Virus record (IMG/VR): IMGVR_UViG_3300010429_000218
Coordinates: 2,528 to 66,527 of that record
Strand: one strand, 5' to 3'
Length of the DNA stretch: 64,000 nt
Origin: a virus
The notes beneath the pieces were generated by a model. The model had not been told where the DNA came from and searched no databases. It saw nothing but the letters and a program-made list of their open reading frames with translations. Made by a program: the position numbers and the translations under genes. Below, one piece after another: positions 55,866-63,970 of this stretch. Every line of letters starts with the position of its first letter. Position 1 is the first letter of the stretch.

Positions 55866-56446
55866 GCTGCAATTTCCATCTGAGCAGGAGAACCCCACTG
55901 ACTCGCCATAGCATCCGCAATGCCTTGGAATGTCTTGCTGCGCTCTTTCCATCTGTCAGGCGATGGCGGCATCCGGTGAATGCGCGCTTCGCGGCCTTCG
56001 ACAATGTTTGTAGGCTGAAGCAGCGGCAAGCCTTTAAGCCATAGACACGTGGCCTTTGTTTCGCCGTGGCCATACTGCCAAGGATGGATTATTTGATCGG
56101 GCTTCAGGTACAGACTCGACATGATGCAGACCGGGTTTTCTATTGCGACCATCGGAATATGCGCAGACTGGCGAATCAGCCGCATGAAGAACGACACAGC
56201 GGCCTGCTGTCTGCCGTCCAATTTCTTCTCTGCAAAATGGCGCGAACCGCTTACGCTCAGGTGCGTACAAGGTGGATGCCCGATCATCAATTCCCACGGA
56301 TAGTCGATTACGTCGAACACGTCGCCTTGATAGTGCGGTCCAGGCGAATCGGTCGGCAGCAGGTCGCAACTCATTGCGTCATGCCCGGAGCGAATGAAAG
56401 CATCGCGGACAATTCCGGATGATTCGCAAGCAACAAGCACTCTCAC
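55862..56446 (-). CDS. Short C5 DNA cytosine methyltransferase
   Basis: VLVACESSG, HPPCT, IENP, KATCLWL, RSKTF motifs. Confidence 0.85.
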   Translation of the reverse strand: MRVLVACESSGIVRDAFIRSGHDAMSCDLLPTDSPGPHYQGDVFDVIDYPWELMIGHPPCTHLSVSGSRHFAEKKLDGRQQAAVSFFMRLIRQSAHIPMVAIENPVCIMSSLYLKPDQIIHPWQYGHGETKATCLWLKGLPLLQPTNIVEGREARIHRMPPSPDRWKERSKTFQGIADAMASQWGSPAQMEIAA

Positions 56447-56865
56447 TTCGCCACCTTTCCGCTATCCACATCAATCTCGAAAATGTAGTGGCCTCCACGA
56501 CGTGATTGAACCCACACTAAACTCCAAAGCATCGTGTTTTCTCGCATGGCATTGATTAGCGTTTCATTACCAGACCATCCTGCGGTTGAAACATGGAAAC
56601 GATGGACCATTTCGCCTTCTTTCCAATCGTGTGGCTCGTCCGCTTCACTCCATCCCCATTCGCGCAGATGCCATATAGATTCAATGAATTTCATCCATCC
56701 AGATTTATCTGACCAATGCCAAGCCTTAATTCGTTCGCATGCTAGTTCAGTTGGGTATCCATCATCGTCAAGATCATCGCCGTCTTGATCCATTAGAGCT
56801 TTCCACTTGGCGCGATTTTCTTGATCCGCTTTTCTTGCTTCTTCTCTAAAATCCCTATGATTCAT
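56443..56865 (-). CDS. Hypothetical protein
   Basis: STAGWSGNE..RGGHYIF conserved-looking motifs. Confidence 0.7.
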   Translation of the reverse strand: MNHRDFREEARKADQENRAKWKALMDQDGDDLDDDGYPTELACERIKAWHWSDKSGWMKFIESIWHLREWGWSEADEPHDWKEGEMVHRFHVSTAGWSGNETLINAMRENTMLWSLVWVQSRRGGHYIFEIDVDSGKVAK

Positions 56866-57173
56866 TTGGAAACCTTCCCACTATCCACATTGGCCCGCTG
56901 TGCCTTGCGGGTTTCGATCTCGCGGCGCCAGGCTTCCCGGCAATCAACTATCAATCGCTCGGCGGCATCGTTTCCGCGATTGGCCTTGACCAGATCAAAG
57001 TACGGAGTCGGGTCGCCTTTTGGAAAGAACCGAAAAATCACATCGCGCACTTCATACTTGTGCAGATCAACCGCAGCGGCTTGCTCTGGATTGGCGATAC
57101 CGGAATCAGCCATAATCGCGGCGCGTTCTTCGCGGGCTTCTTCGTGGCTGGTGAATAGGTCGTTCGGCGTCAA
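56862..57173 (-). CDS. Hypothetical protein
   Basis: EEAREERAAIM motif; ATGA-coupled. Confidence 0.65.
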   Translation of the reverse strand: MTPNDLFTSHEEAREERAAIMADSGIANPEQAAAVDLHKYEVRDVIFRFFPKGDPTPYFDLVKANRGNDAAERLIVDCREAWRREIETRKAQRANVDSGKVSK

Positions 57174-57478
57174 AACGGCACCCCATCACAGTTTTCACGG
57201 TGTCCAAATCGCGCACCACACGCATAGCACTTTGCCGGTATCCAGCGCCTCCACAGCCAGTAGCGCAACCATCCAATCGTCCTGTTGTGTCGCGTATCTC
57301 CAACCATGTCGCTATAAGGAACGTTCATTCCGCAGCGCATGCACTCCAGTTCATCCGGAGGCGCAGTGTCTTGCGTGTGCGGAGCGCATCCAAACCACCA
57401 ACATATCTGCCGAACAACAAAACGCTTAACTGCGGACATATCGGAAACGTGTCTTCGTTCAATAGGTTCAGTTCTCAT
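57170..57478 (-). CDS. Hypothetical Cys-rich protein
   Basis: CMRC and CYAC motifs; coupled. Confidence 0.55.
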   Translation of the reverse strand: MRTEPIERRHVSDMSAVKRFVVRQICWWFGCAPHTQDTAPPDELECMRCGMNVPYSDMVGDTRHNRTIGWLRYWLWRRWIPAKCYACGARFGHRENCDGVPF

Positions 57479-58020
57479 GCTTTGCACCACTGCACTCCAT
57501 CCCACTTTTTCAGCAGCTTTCCAGCCGGAGTAATCACTTCGTTCGCAACGTGCTTGTCGAATATCTCGGCAAGCTGACGAAACCTTGACGGGTTTTTGTG
57601 CGCATCAAACAAGTAATCCGCAACAATCTGCGACTTCGGACGGCGCCAGCAGTGCATTGGATCAACGTGATTGGTTACGGCCTTGGTAGCCTTCTCAGCC
57701 ATCCGACGATTGCGCTCGATGTCTTCAGCGGTCGGCTTGTATTCAATCGCGGGAACATCTTTTTTCGGCGCAAGATTGGCAATGGCCTGAAACTCCAACA
57801 CGTTCGGGCAGTGCGTTGTTGGCAGGTTTTTCAGCGCGTAGCCGATGGCTTCCGGGTTTTCGCAGAATCCGCCCAAACGATTCGCCATCGATTCCTTGAA
57901 GTTGGCAATGCCAACGTCTGTTCCGCCTTCGATCTTGGAATACTTGCCAGTGAATTGCTGGCCGTAGATGCCCTGCAATTCGAGGACGATTTTATTCACC
58001 CACTTGTCAGGTAGTCTCAC
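57475..58020 (-). CDS. Replication protein P-position / helicase-loader-like
   Basis: LQGIYG..F..PNVLEF pattern directly after initiator gene. Confidence 0.6.
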   Translation of the reverse strand: MRLPDKWVNKIVLELQGIYGQQFTGKYSKIEGGTDVGIANFKESMANRLGGFCENPEAIGYALKNLPTTHCPNVLEFQAIANLAPKKDVPAIEYKPTAEDIERNRRMAEKATKAVTNHVDPMHCWRRPKSQIVADYLFDAHKNPSRFRQLAEIFDKHVANEVITPAGKLLKKWDGVQWCKA

Positions 58021-58853
58021 GAAATCACCTCGCCGGAAATGAGTTTTTCAGAGAAAGCGAACTCGGCTGGATTGCCGAATATGGCGCGGGTCGTCGCTTC
58101 CTGGTTGAGTTGGTGCTGAGTTTTTGCTGGCGATCTTTGGCTATTTCCTGACCGTCCAAACTCAACAGCTTTGTCGCACCATGTTCGCCATGCCGCTTGC
58201 CAGTCCTTCATGGTCGAACCTCTTGCCGCGTGCCAGTTGCGGAACGATTCAAGCTCTACGGCAAATGAAATTCGTTTCGAATCGGCGTAGGTAACGCCTG
58301 TTTCGTCAGGGTAGAAGTCGTCAGATAAAACTGTTGAAACCTTGCGCGGCTTCTTTTCTTTTTCCTGTTTCTGACCCTGATCCTGTTCCTGATCCTGTTC
58401 CTGGCTTGGCAGGGGCTTGGAAGGGGCTTGCATTTCTTCGCTAGAAACAAGGCAAAATGCAACGCCATAAACAGCCAGAAACGCTTGCCTGATGCGGCCT
58501 TCAGGCATCTTTGCGACCTCTTTGCGGAGACCTGAAACGCGGTTATCGCTAGGCTTCAACTCTTCAGCGATCTGGTAAGCCGCCATTCGAATGACGAATA
58601 CCACCTCGGAAGCCTCTTCATAGATACAAAACCCGGCTTCGGAGAGGCTTGCAAGGGCCTTCGTAGCCCATTCAATAGTCATTCCGGTTTCATGCGCCAT
58701 GTACAGAATCGGGCAGTGAAAAACGCCGGTCATTGAAGAGTGCGGAGATGTCATCAGGTACAAAGCGAGAACCTGCGCCTCATGATTACCGCGCAATTTC
58801 TTGCCTGTTTCACCGATCCAGAACTTTGGAGATACAACTCCGTAATCGCGCAT
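58017..58853 (-). CDS. Replication initiator (O-like)
   Basis: MRDYGVVSPKFW..LYLMTSPHS..G wHTH; linker QEQDQEQDQ; C-terminal F..W...DWQAAWRTW. Confidence 0.8.
   Translation of the reverse strand: MRDYGVVSPKFWIGETGKKLRGNHEAQVLALYLMTSPHSSMTGVFHCPILYMAHETGMTIEWATKALASLSEAGFCIYEEASEVVFVIRMAAYQIAEELKPSDNRVSGLRKEVAKMPEGRIRQAFLAVYGVAFCLVSSEEMQAPSKPLPSQEQDQEQDQGQKQEKEKKPRKVSTVLSDDFYPDETGVTYADSKRISFAVELESFRNWHAARGSTMKDWQAAWRTWCDKAVEFGRSGNSQRSPAKTQHQLNQEATTRAIFGNPAEFAFSEKLISGEVIS
58376..58430. repeat. Candidate replication-origin iterons within initiator gene
   Basis: CCTGATCCTGTT x2 and AGGGGCTTG x2 next to an A/T-rich tract. Confidence 0.5.
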
Positions 58854-58855
58854 TT

Positions 58856-59068
58856 TTACCCTTGCTTTCTGTCAAGCCGAGCAAAAACAGCAGCCAGTTG
58901 CGCGGCCTTCAAATACTCAATGTCGTCGTCGTCGCCGTTGATTTCCCGGTTGCCATTGCCATCGATAAGCAGGCACGACTCAAGCAAATCAAGCAGGTCT
59001 GATACAGCACCGTACTTAGTTGCGGCTTCTCTAAGATGGTCAATAAATCTTGCTTTTTCTTCGTTCAT
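58856..59068 (-). CDS. Hypothetical protein
   Basis: Co-oriented ORF upstream of initiator. Confidence 0.6.
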   Translation of the reverse strand: MNEEKARFIDHLREAATKYGAVSDLLDLLESCLLIDGNGNREINGDDDDIEYLKAAQLAAVFARLDRKQG

Positions 59069-59107
59069 GCTAGAATTGCTCCAGTAGTTTTGACGGCAGC
59101 CGAGGTG

Positions 59108-59359
59108 TTAGCGCACCAATGACGCTGCCGTTTGCTTGTCTTCACTCGCAGCAGCAGACTTCTCTGTTTTTTTGGTGTGGCACGCAGCACAGCGGTATCC
59201 ATCAGCTTTCATTCCACGCGCCTTGCGATCTACGATGGATTTGTACTGGTGACACTCACGGCACTGGAACGTGATGTATGGAACGCCGCACATCTTTTCG
59301 TGATTGTCTGTAGCGTCGCGGAACTGCTCGACGTGTCCAGGTTCGGCTGAGTAGCTCAT
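59108..59359 (-). CDS. Zn-finger protein
   Basis: FQCRECH...YRCAACH. Confidence 0.6.
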   Translation of the reverse strand: MSYSAEPGHVEQFRDATDNHEKMCGVPYITFQCRECHQYKSIVDRKARGMKADGYRCAACHTKKTEKSAAASEDKQTAASLVR

Positions 59360-59465
59360 AGACCATCTTCCATAAACACAAGCCCAAGAAACACCCGCGC
59401 ACCGATGCAAAGCATTAGATCGCCGGCATAGATGACGACTAATTGCAGGATGGTGATTGACTCAG

Positions 59466-59639
59466 TCATGACTTTCCGCCCTTGAATTCTTCGCATACGA
59501 ACGTCGGCGCCACATATTCGCCAAGCAAATTGCAGCGCAGTTTCGGATAGGCCACGCTCGGGCTATGGAATCCGCAGTCTTTGCAGGTGCAGCGTTTGAA
59601 GCCCATCGCTTTCATCATGGAATCAACGGTCGGGTTCAT
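59466..59639 (-). CDS. Small Cys-rich protein (homolog of 304-477)
   Basis: MNPTVDSMMKAMGFKRCTCKDC. Confidence 0.7.
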   Translation of the reverse strand: MNPTVDSMMKAMGFKRCTCKDCGFHSPSVAYPKLRCNLLGEYVAPTFVCEEFKGGKS

Positions 59640-59992
59640 GGCTGGCACTCTTCAAGAAGGAACCGGCGGGCATCATCGATCATCTTGTCAGTCGGCTTGC
59701 GAACGCGTAGAACACGGGCTTTCTCGCACTCGAATGACATGCCTGGAAAATTGCAGTCCGGGTCAGCAACAACGATTCCTAGCGGAGCAACTTCATAAAC
59801 CACGCCACCGGGCCAGCCAGCAGCAAACATCAAAGCTACTGTCTGGTTGGTAGTCACATATACGCGGTCGCGCATATGAACGCTGGCGGCTCCATATTCA
59901 GAGCACGAAGGCGCCTTGGTGATACTCGGAGGAAGAATGAACTCGCCGCGCTTACGGCCAGCCTTGCCGCCGTGATAGTAGATGTCGGTCAT
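59636..59992 (-). CDS. Arr-like ADP-ribosyltransferase
   Basis: YYHGG...G..ILPP...VYVTT...A...A...VYEVAPLG....DPD, matching the H-Y-D pattern of rifampin ADP-ribosyltransferase Arr. Confidence 0.65.
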   Translation of the reverse strand: MTDIYYHGGKAGRKRGEFILPPSITKAPSCSEYGAASVHMRDRVYVTTNQTVALMFAAGWPGGVVYEVAPLGIVVADPDCNFPGMSFECEKARVLRVRKPTDKMIDDARRFLLEECQP

Positions 59993-60102
59993 TCTTCATC
60001 CCTCGGCACATAGCGGAACAGGCGCGGGCAGAACCAAATGCAGAATCCATAGCTGATGCCAAGCCAGATCAGCGCGGCGATAATCAGGGTTAGCAAGTTC
60101 AT
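59989..60102 (-). CDS. Small membrane protein (homolog of 474-587)
   Basis: MNLLTLIIAALIWLGISYGFCIWFCPR. Confidence 0.65.
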   Translation of the reverse strand: MNLLTLIIAALIWLGISYGFCIWFCPRLFRYVPRDEE

Positions 60103-60296
60103 TTCCGGCCCCCTTCCGATGTGGTCGGATTGATACCGGCAACCCGACAAACGATAGTGGCCTCATAGAGCTTCGCCTTAGCCCAGTTCTCTAGGAGGTC
60201 ATTGATGAAAGCTGTCCGACACTTGCCAGTTGCAGAGCAATACCCGTCGAGAACGTCGATGGTTTCCTTCTTTGCCTCAAAGCGGATTTCTGGCAT
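60099..60296 (-). CDS. RHH-like regulator in CII position (different allele from left copy)
   Basis: EIRFEAKKETIDVLD....GKCRTAFINDLL..WA. Confidence 0.6.
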   Translation of the reverse strand: MPEIRFEAKKETIDVLDGYCSATGKCRTAFINDLLENWAKAKLYEATIVCRVAGINPTTSEGGRK

Positions 60297-60297
60297 G

Positions 60298-60810
60298 TCA
60301 CGCCACCCGCTGAATAGGATTGAATTTATGAACAATCGCTTTAATTCTTATTCTTGTGGCAATAGCTTCATCTTTGGTGCAACACCTAATCCTTGTGTAA
60401 ATGCCATTCTTTTTTACAGAGGCAACCCACTTTTTCTGACTCTTGTCGAAATGCACGCCAATAAAACCGGATGTGTTTTTTTTGCTTATCCCAATGTTTT
60501 CCATGTTTTGAGACGGATTGCACTCTCTAAGATTGGCGATACGGTTATCCGTGCCGATGCCGTTTATATGGTCTATCTGTTCGTCAGGGAACTTTCCATA
60601 TACATAGAGCCACGCAAGCTGATGTGCCACATAGCACCGTCCGTTTATTGTTATGTGCGCATACTCAACACCAGCTTGGTTTTTTCTACGGTGTCCGCTC
60701 AATTCTCCAGCCCTTGCCTTTTTCCCTCTGTTCACGCGATTAATGAACAATCCTGTCATTGGGTCGTAAGACACGAGTTCAATAAGAGACTCATAAGAAA
60801 TACGTTCCAT
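60298..60810 (-). CDS. HNH homing endonuclease (HNH_3 + AP2-like)
   Basis: YDPMTG.F..AHQLAW.Y..G.FP...IDHING...DNRIANLRE..N..NTSGFIGV. Confidence 0.9.
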   Translation of the reverse strand: MERISYESLIELVSYDPMTGLFINRVNRGKKARAGELSGHRRKNQAGVEYAHITINGRCYVAHQLAWLYVYGKFPDEQIDHINGIGTDNRIANLRECNPSQNMENIGISKKNTSGFIGVHFDKSQKKWVASVKKNGIYTRIRCCTKDEAIATRIRIKAIVHKFNPIQRVA

Positions 60811-60899
60811 CAATTCACCGAAAAAAGAAGCCCCGGATGCCGAAGCATCTACGTGGCGAAACCCGGCATTTAGTCCGGGGGAGGGAGACACGGTTAGCA

Positions 60900-61094
60900 T
60901 CAGGCCGATTCCTTGGTCTTGACCGACTCTGGATCAACCACGTCGGGCCTGATTTGCGCGAAGAACTTCAGCCAGTGCCACGGAACACCGTTTTCAGAGG
61001 TGCGCCATTGCGACACTGCGCCGGTTGTGACTCCGGTCATCTCGGCAACAGCAGAGGTGCCACCAAGCGAGTCGATAATTTTGTTTGCATCCAT
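60900..61094 (-). CDS. cro: Cro-like HTH repressor (right allele)
   Basis: 62/64 aa identical to 885-1079. Confidence 0.85.
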   Translation of the reverse strand: MDANKIIDSLGGTSAVAEMTGVTTGAVSQWRTSENGVPWHWLKFFAQIRPDVVDPESVKTKESA

Positions 61095-61164
61095 GTCGTT
61101 ATCTTAGCGAACTAAGACCATGTGCGCAAGCCAACTAAGAAACTTTTTCTTTAGTATGCTCAAT

Positions 61165-61623
61165 ATGAGCACGCTTCAGGAACGGATCACTCTCGCCTAT
61201 AAGAACGAGAACGAGCGCAGGCTGAATAAAGGAGAGAGGAAGCTAACGAAAACAGCTTTGTGGAAAGCTGCCGGACTGTCTTCGTCTTCGGCATCGCATT
61301 GGTTTTCAGGAACTAACGGCATGGACTTTGATGTTGCCGTCAAGATTGCGCCGCTGCTGAACGTCAATCCTTATTGGCTGTTTGACGAATCTCAGCCAAT
61401 GACGAAGCGCGGCCCTGATTTGGCGCCTGTAAAGATATTCCCAACTCATCTCAGCGATGTTTCGCTAAGAGTCGCCGAGCTGGTTAATAAGATGCCAGCA
61501 GAAGATCAGGAAAAGTTCGAGTTTTACCTGACGGTAGAAAAGCACCGCCGTGAAATCAGTGCAACGCCGAACGATCCAATCGGTTCTCCACCTGGTTCGA
61601 TGCCGGATCACGACGCCCCTTAA
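61165..61623 (+). CDS. cI: CI-like XRE repressor without S24 autoprotease domain
   Basis: LTKTALWKAAGLSSSSASHWFSG..KIAPLLNVNPYWL; divergent from cro; TATGCT -10 four nt before ATG. Confidence 0.82.
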   Translation: MSTLQERITLAYKNENERRLNKGERKLTKTALWKAAGLSSSSASHWFSGTNGMDFDVAVKIAPLLNVNPYWLFDESQPMTKRGPDLAPVKIFPTHLSDVSLRVAELVNKMPAEDQEKFEFYLTVEKHRREISATPNDPIGSPPGSMPDHDAP

Positions 61624-61826
61624 TTTCGATAGGCGCGCCGCCTGGGTTGCTAATGATGGCAGTACATGGGCGCCCGTGAAGCAATGCAAGGCGATCCAGC
61701 TTTCCCTGAATCGAGTCGATGAGTTCTTCTATGCTGTTCATGATTGTTTTAAACGCTGTTTGATGCCCATTGTGCGCCTGACAACAGGCTGACGCAACAC
61801 TGACTTACGTCATAGGAGATTGCGCT

Positions 61827-62411
61827 TCACCGCCAGTCCGTATCGTCTTTGTTGCTCTTCCCTAGATTGCAATCCTCGCAAAGAACCTGAAGATTGTTTA
61901 TGTCTAGTTGCAACCAAGGGAATTTTGAGCGCGGCTTGATGTGATCGACGTGGAGACGGACGCCATCTGTTCTTGTGGCACCGCAGCACTGGCAAGCCGC
62001 GCCATGCTTTACTAGGGCTTTATAGCGTACTTCTCGCCATTCTCTAGAAAGATAGAAGGAGTCATTTGAAACACGCGTTTTCGGCTTTTTGTCGATAACA
62101 ACGGGCGACTTCTGAGCGAAGATTTTTATTTCTGAATCGGCGTCGGCCCTAGTGATTGCGCCAGCCTTGACGAGCTTGTTAAGCCGGTTGCGTTCCTTGC
62201 GCTCAAGTCTATCTTGGATGTTCTGCGAATTTCTGCTGTCTGCAATCGCCATTAGTTGCTGCAACTTTTGCTCGGTGATTTTTACGTCCGCGAATTTTTC
62301 GACCCATCCTTTTTTCAATGGCCACTTAAGCCCAATCAGATCGGATTCGCGCCTTGTAAGAGCATTTGACTTAGAGAATCTGCTTACAAGATACTCTCTT
62401 ACAGTAATCAT
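61827..62411 (-). CDS. HNH endonuclease with N-terminal extension
   Basis: FYLSREWREVR..CQCCG..LHVDHIKPRS...NLQVLCEDCNLGK. Confidence 0.9.
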   Translation of the reverse strand: MITVREYLVSRFSKSNALTRRESDLIGLKWPLKKGWVEKFADVKITEQKLQQLMAIADSRNSQNIQDRLERKERNRLNKLVKAGAITRADADSEIKIFAQKSPVVIDKKPKTRVSNDSFYLSREWREVRYKALVKHGAACQCCGATRTDGVRLHVDHIKPRSKFPWLQLDINNLQVLCEDCNLGKSNKDDTDWR

Positions 62412-62880
62412 CTAGCAACCCCTTAAGCATATACCCGGATCGGTTCGCAAGACTCCAGCTTTTGTACTAGAGCCTTCACATCACACCCGTCTCGGACATG
62501 CAATGACCCGTCAGCCTTTCGGGTGATCGTGCTAACTTCGCTGCGATCTGCTCTAGTGCGACCCTTGTACCCTGGTAGAGCATTCCGATATTGCCGCCAG
62601 TGTTCGTATCCCCCAGCAATACCGCACTACTCGTCATTGCCGCAACGAACTTGCCCGCCGTTGCTTTGCTTGCTCCGGTTTAGCAGGAGTCCAAGCAATG
62701 ACTACCGGCTAACCGCCAAATAAAAAGCCCTGATCGGCTTGTGACCGTCAGGGCTTTAGCATTTTTGCTTGGAGTCATTCGGTCAGCTTGGCGGCTATTC
62801 AGCTATCTAGGAAACTGAACGCCGATAGGGCGCAACCCTATCTCTGACCTAGATAACTCCATCGGGTGCCATCCCGACTT
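62412..62880 (-). ncRNA. Long structured non-coding leader of the HNH gene
   Basis: No credible ORF; many hairpins; internal terminator 62721-62757; promoter TTGAGT-N17-TATACT at 62887-62915 (-). Confidence 0.6.
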
Positions 62881-62901
62881 GACGCAAGTATAAATTATTT
62901 T

Positions 62902-62950
62902 CTTAGACAACTCAAAATGTATTGACGCATTGTGCTTAGTTAGCTAAGAT
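62902..62950 (+). promoter_or_regulatory. PL promoter and OL operators (right copy)
   Basis: TTGACG-N17-TAAGAT; CTTAGTTAGCTAAG 62935-62948; CTTAGACAACTCAA 62902-62915. Confidence 0.8.
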
Positions 62951-62986
62951 TCAGTCATCGGAACACAACAACGAGCGGAGAACGAG

Positions 62987-63205
62987 ATGACCGACAAGAA
63001 GACAGTAACGATTGATCTGAACGAGTTGCAAAAAGCCAAGGATCTAATCGATCTTGCAAACAGCGTACCGCTTGAAAACGTGGTGTGGCAGCGGGATGGA
63101 GTAACGGTTAATCCGCCGAAGGTTGAATTTGATGCGTGGAAGTACATCGGATTGAGCAACGTGCATTTTGCATACGACCATATGCTTACTAAGAGCCAAA
63201 AATGA
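62987..63205 (+). CDS. Hypothetical protein, right copy only
   Basis: GGAG RBS; first gene after PL. Confidence 0.65.
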   Translation: MTDKKTVTIDLNELQKAKDLIDLANSVPLENVVWQRDGVTVNPPKVEFDAWKYIGLSNVHFAYDHMLTKSQK

Positions 63206-63354
63206 CCGACAAGCAACTAGCCGAACTGGAAGCCAATGAACTGGCAGAGCAGCGCGACGAGCAAGCCAAGCGCATGGAACAGGCAATGCTGGCGGTCAAT
63301 GAAGTCTCGCAGCAGCACAACCGCACAGGAACCACCTACGGAGTAAGCAAGTAA
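63202..63354 (+). CDS. Hypothetical protein (C-terminal half homologous to 1372-1548)
   Basis: MTDKQLAELE...RMEQAMLAVNEVSQQHNRT. Confidence 0.65.
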   Translation: MTDKQLAELEANELAEQRDEQAKRMEQAMLAVNEVSQQHNRTGTTYGVSK

Positions 63355-63564
63355 ATCAAGTCCCAAAGGCATCTGGCCGGAGTCAATGCAGCCCTGCAAC
63401 GATGGGTAGGCAACTCAACACAGAGGGACTTGATGTATTTGCAACAAACCACCAGCCGCAGCCGGTAATGCCGGGCAGAGACTCTAGCAACACAAGTTCG
63501 ACGCAGCCGCAGTGGAGTACTAAAAGTTCAAGCGATTAGTAGCAATTAACAACTGGAGGCCGAC

Positions 63565-63762
63565 ATGACCAAGCAACAAGTAGCAAAGGCAACGCCAGCT
63601 TTCTTTGGTGCTGGACATGAATATGTTTTCCAGGTTGGAGATAAGCAGGAAGTCGTTGTAGCAGGAAACCAGACCGATGCCACCGCTGCGCTGTACGCCT
63701 ATCTCAAGGCACACGGCAATGACAGTAAGGTTGAGTTCGTCGAAGAACACAACGCCGAATAA
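63565..63762 (+). CDS. Hypothetical protein (copy of 2252-2449)
   Basis: Identical protein. Confidence 0.85.
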   Translation: MTKQQVAKATPAFFGAGHEYVFQVGDKQEVVVAGNQTDATAALYAYLKAHGNDSKVEFVEEHNAE

Positions 63763-63775
63763 CGAGGGAATGACC

Positions 63776-63970
63776 ATGAACAACGAGCCGAAATTTGGCG
63801 CAGCAATCCCGCAAGACCAGTGGATTCAGCGCACCGCAACAACCGATCCGAATCCGCGCATGCCGTTCTCTGGCATCTATTACCAGGATGAAATCAAGAT
63901 GCCGTTCTTTGAGCACTTGATTGCTGGAACGGTGTTTGGATTTGCCATCGGCGCGATTCTTTTTTCTTAA
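63776..63970 (+). CDS. Hypothetical TM protein (copy of 2463-2657)
   Basis: Near-identical protein. Confidence 0.8.
   Translation: MNNEPKFGAAIPQDQWIQRTATTDPNPRMPFSGIYYQDEIKMPFFEHLIAGTVFGFAIGAILFS

Noticed and set aside
59636-59992. Bona fide arr rifampicin-resistance gene
   Set aside because: Only core ART motifs match; the Arr-specific C-terminal PGNPTRSYR-like segment is absent and the context is a phage early operon
62590-62620. ColE1-like RNA primer origin (GGGGGATACG resembles GGGGGAAACG on the - strand)
   Set aside because: Similarity is only ~10 nt and the phage has a protein initiator; insufficient support
61827-62880. IscB/HEARO (OMEGA) element or group I intron
   Set aside because: Protein lacks PLMP and RuvC motifs; no interrupted host gene or recognisable group I core seen
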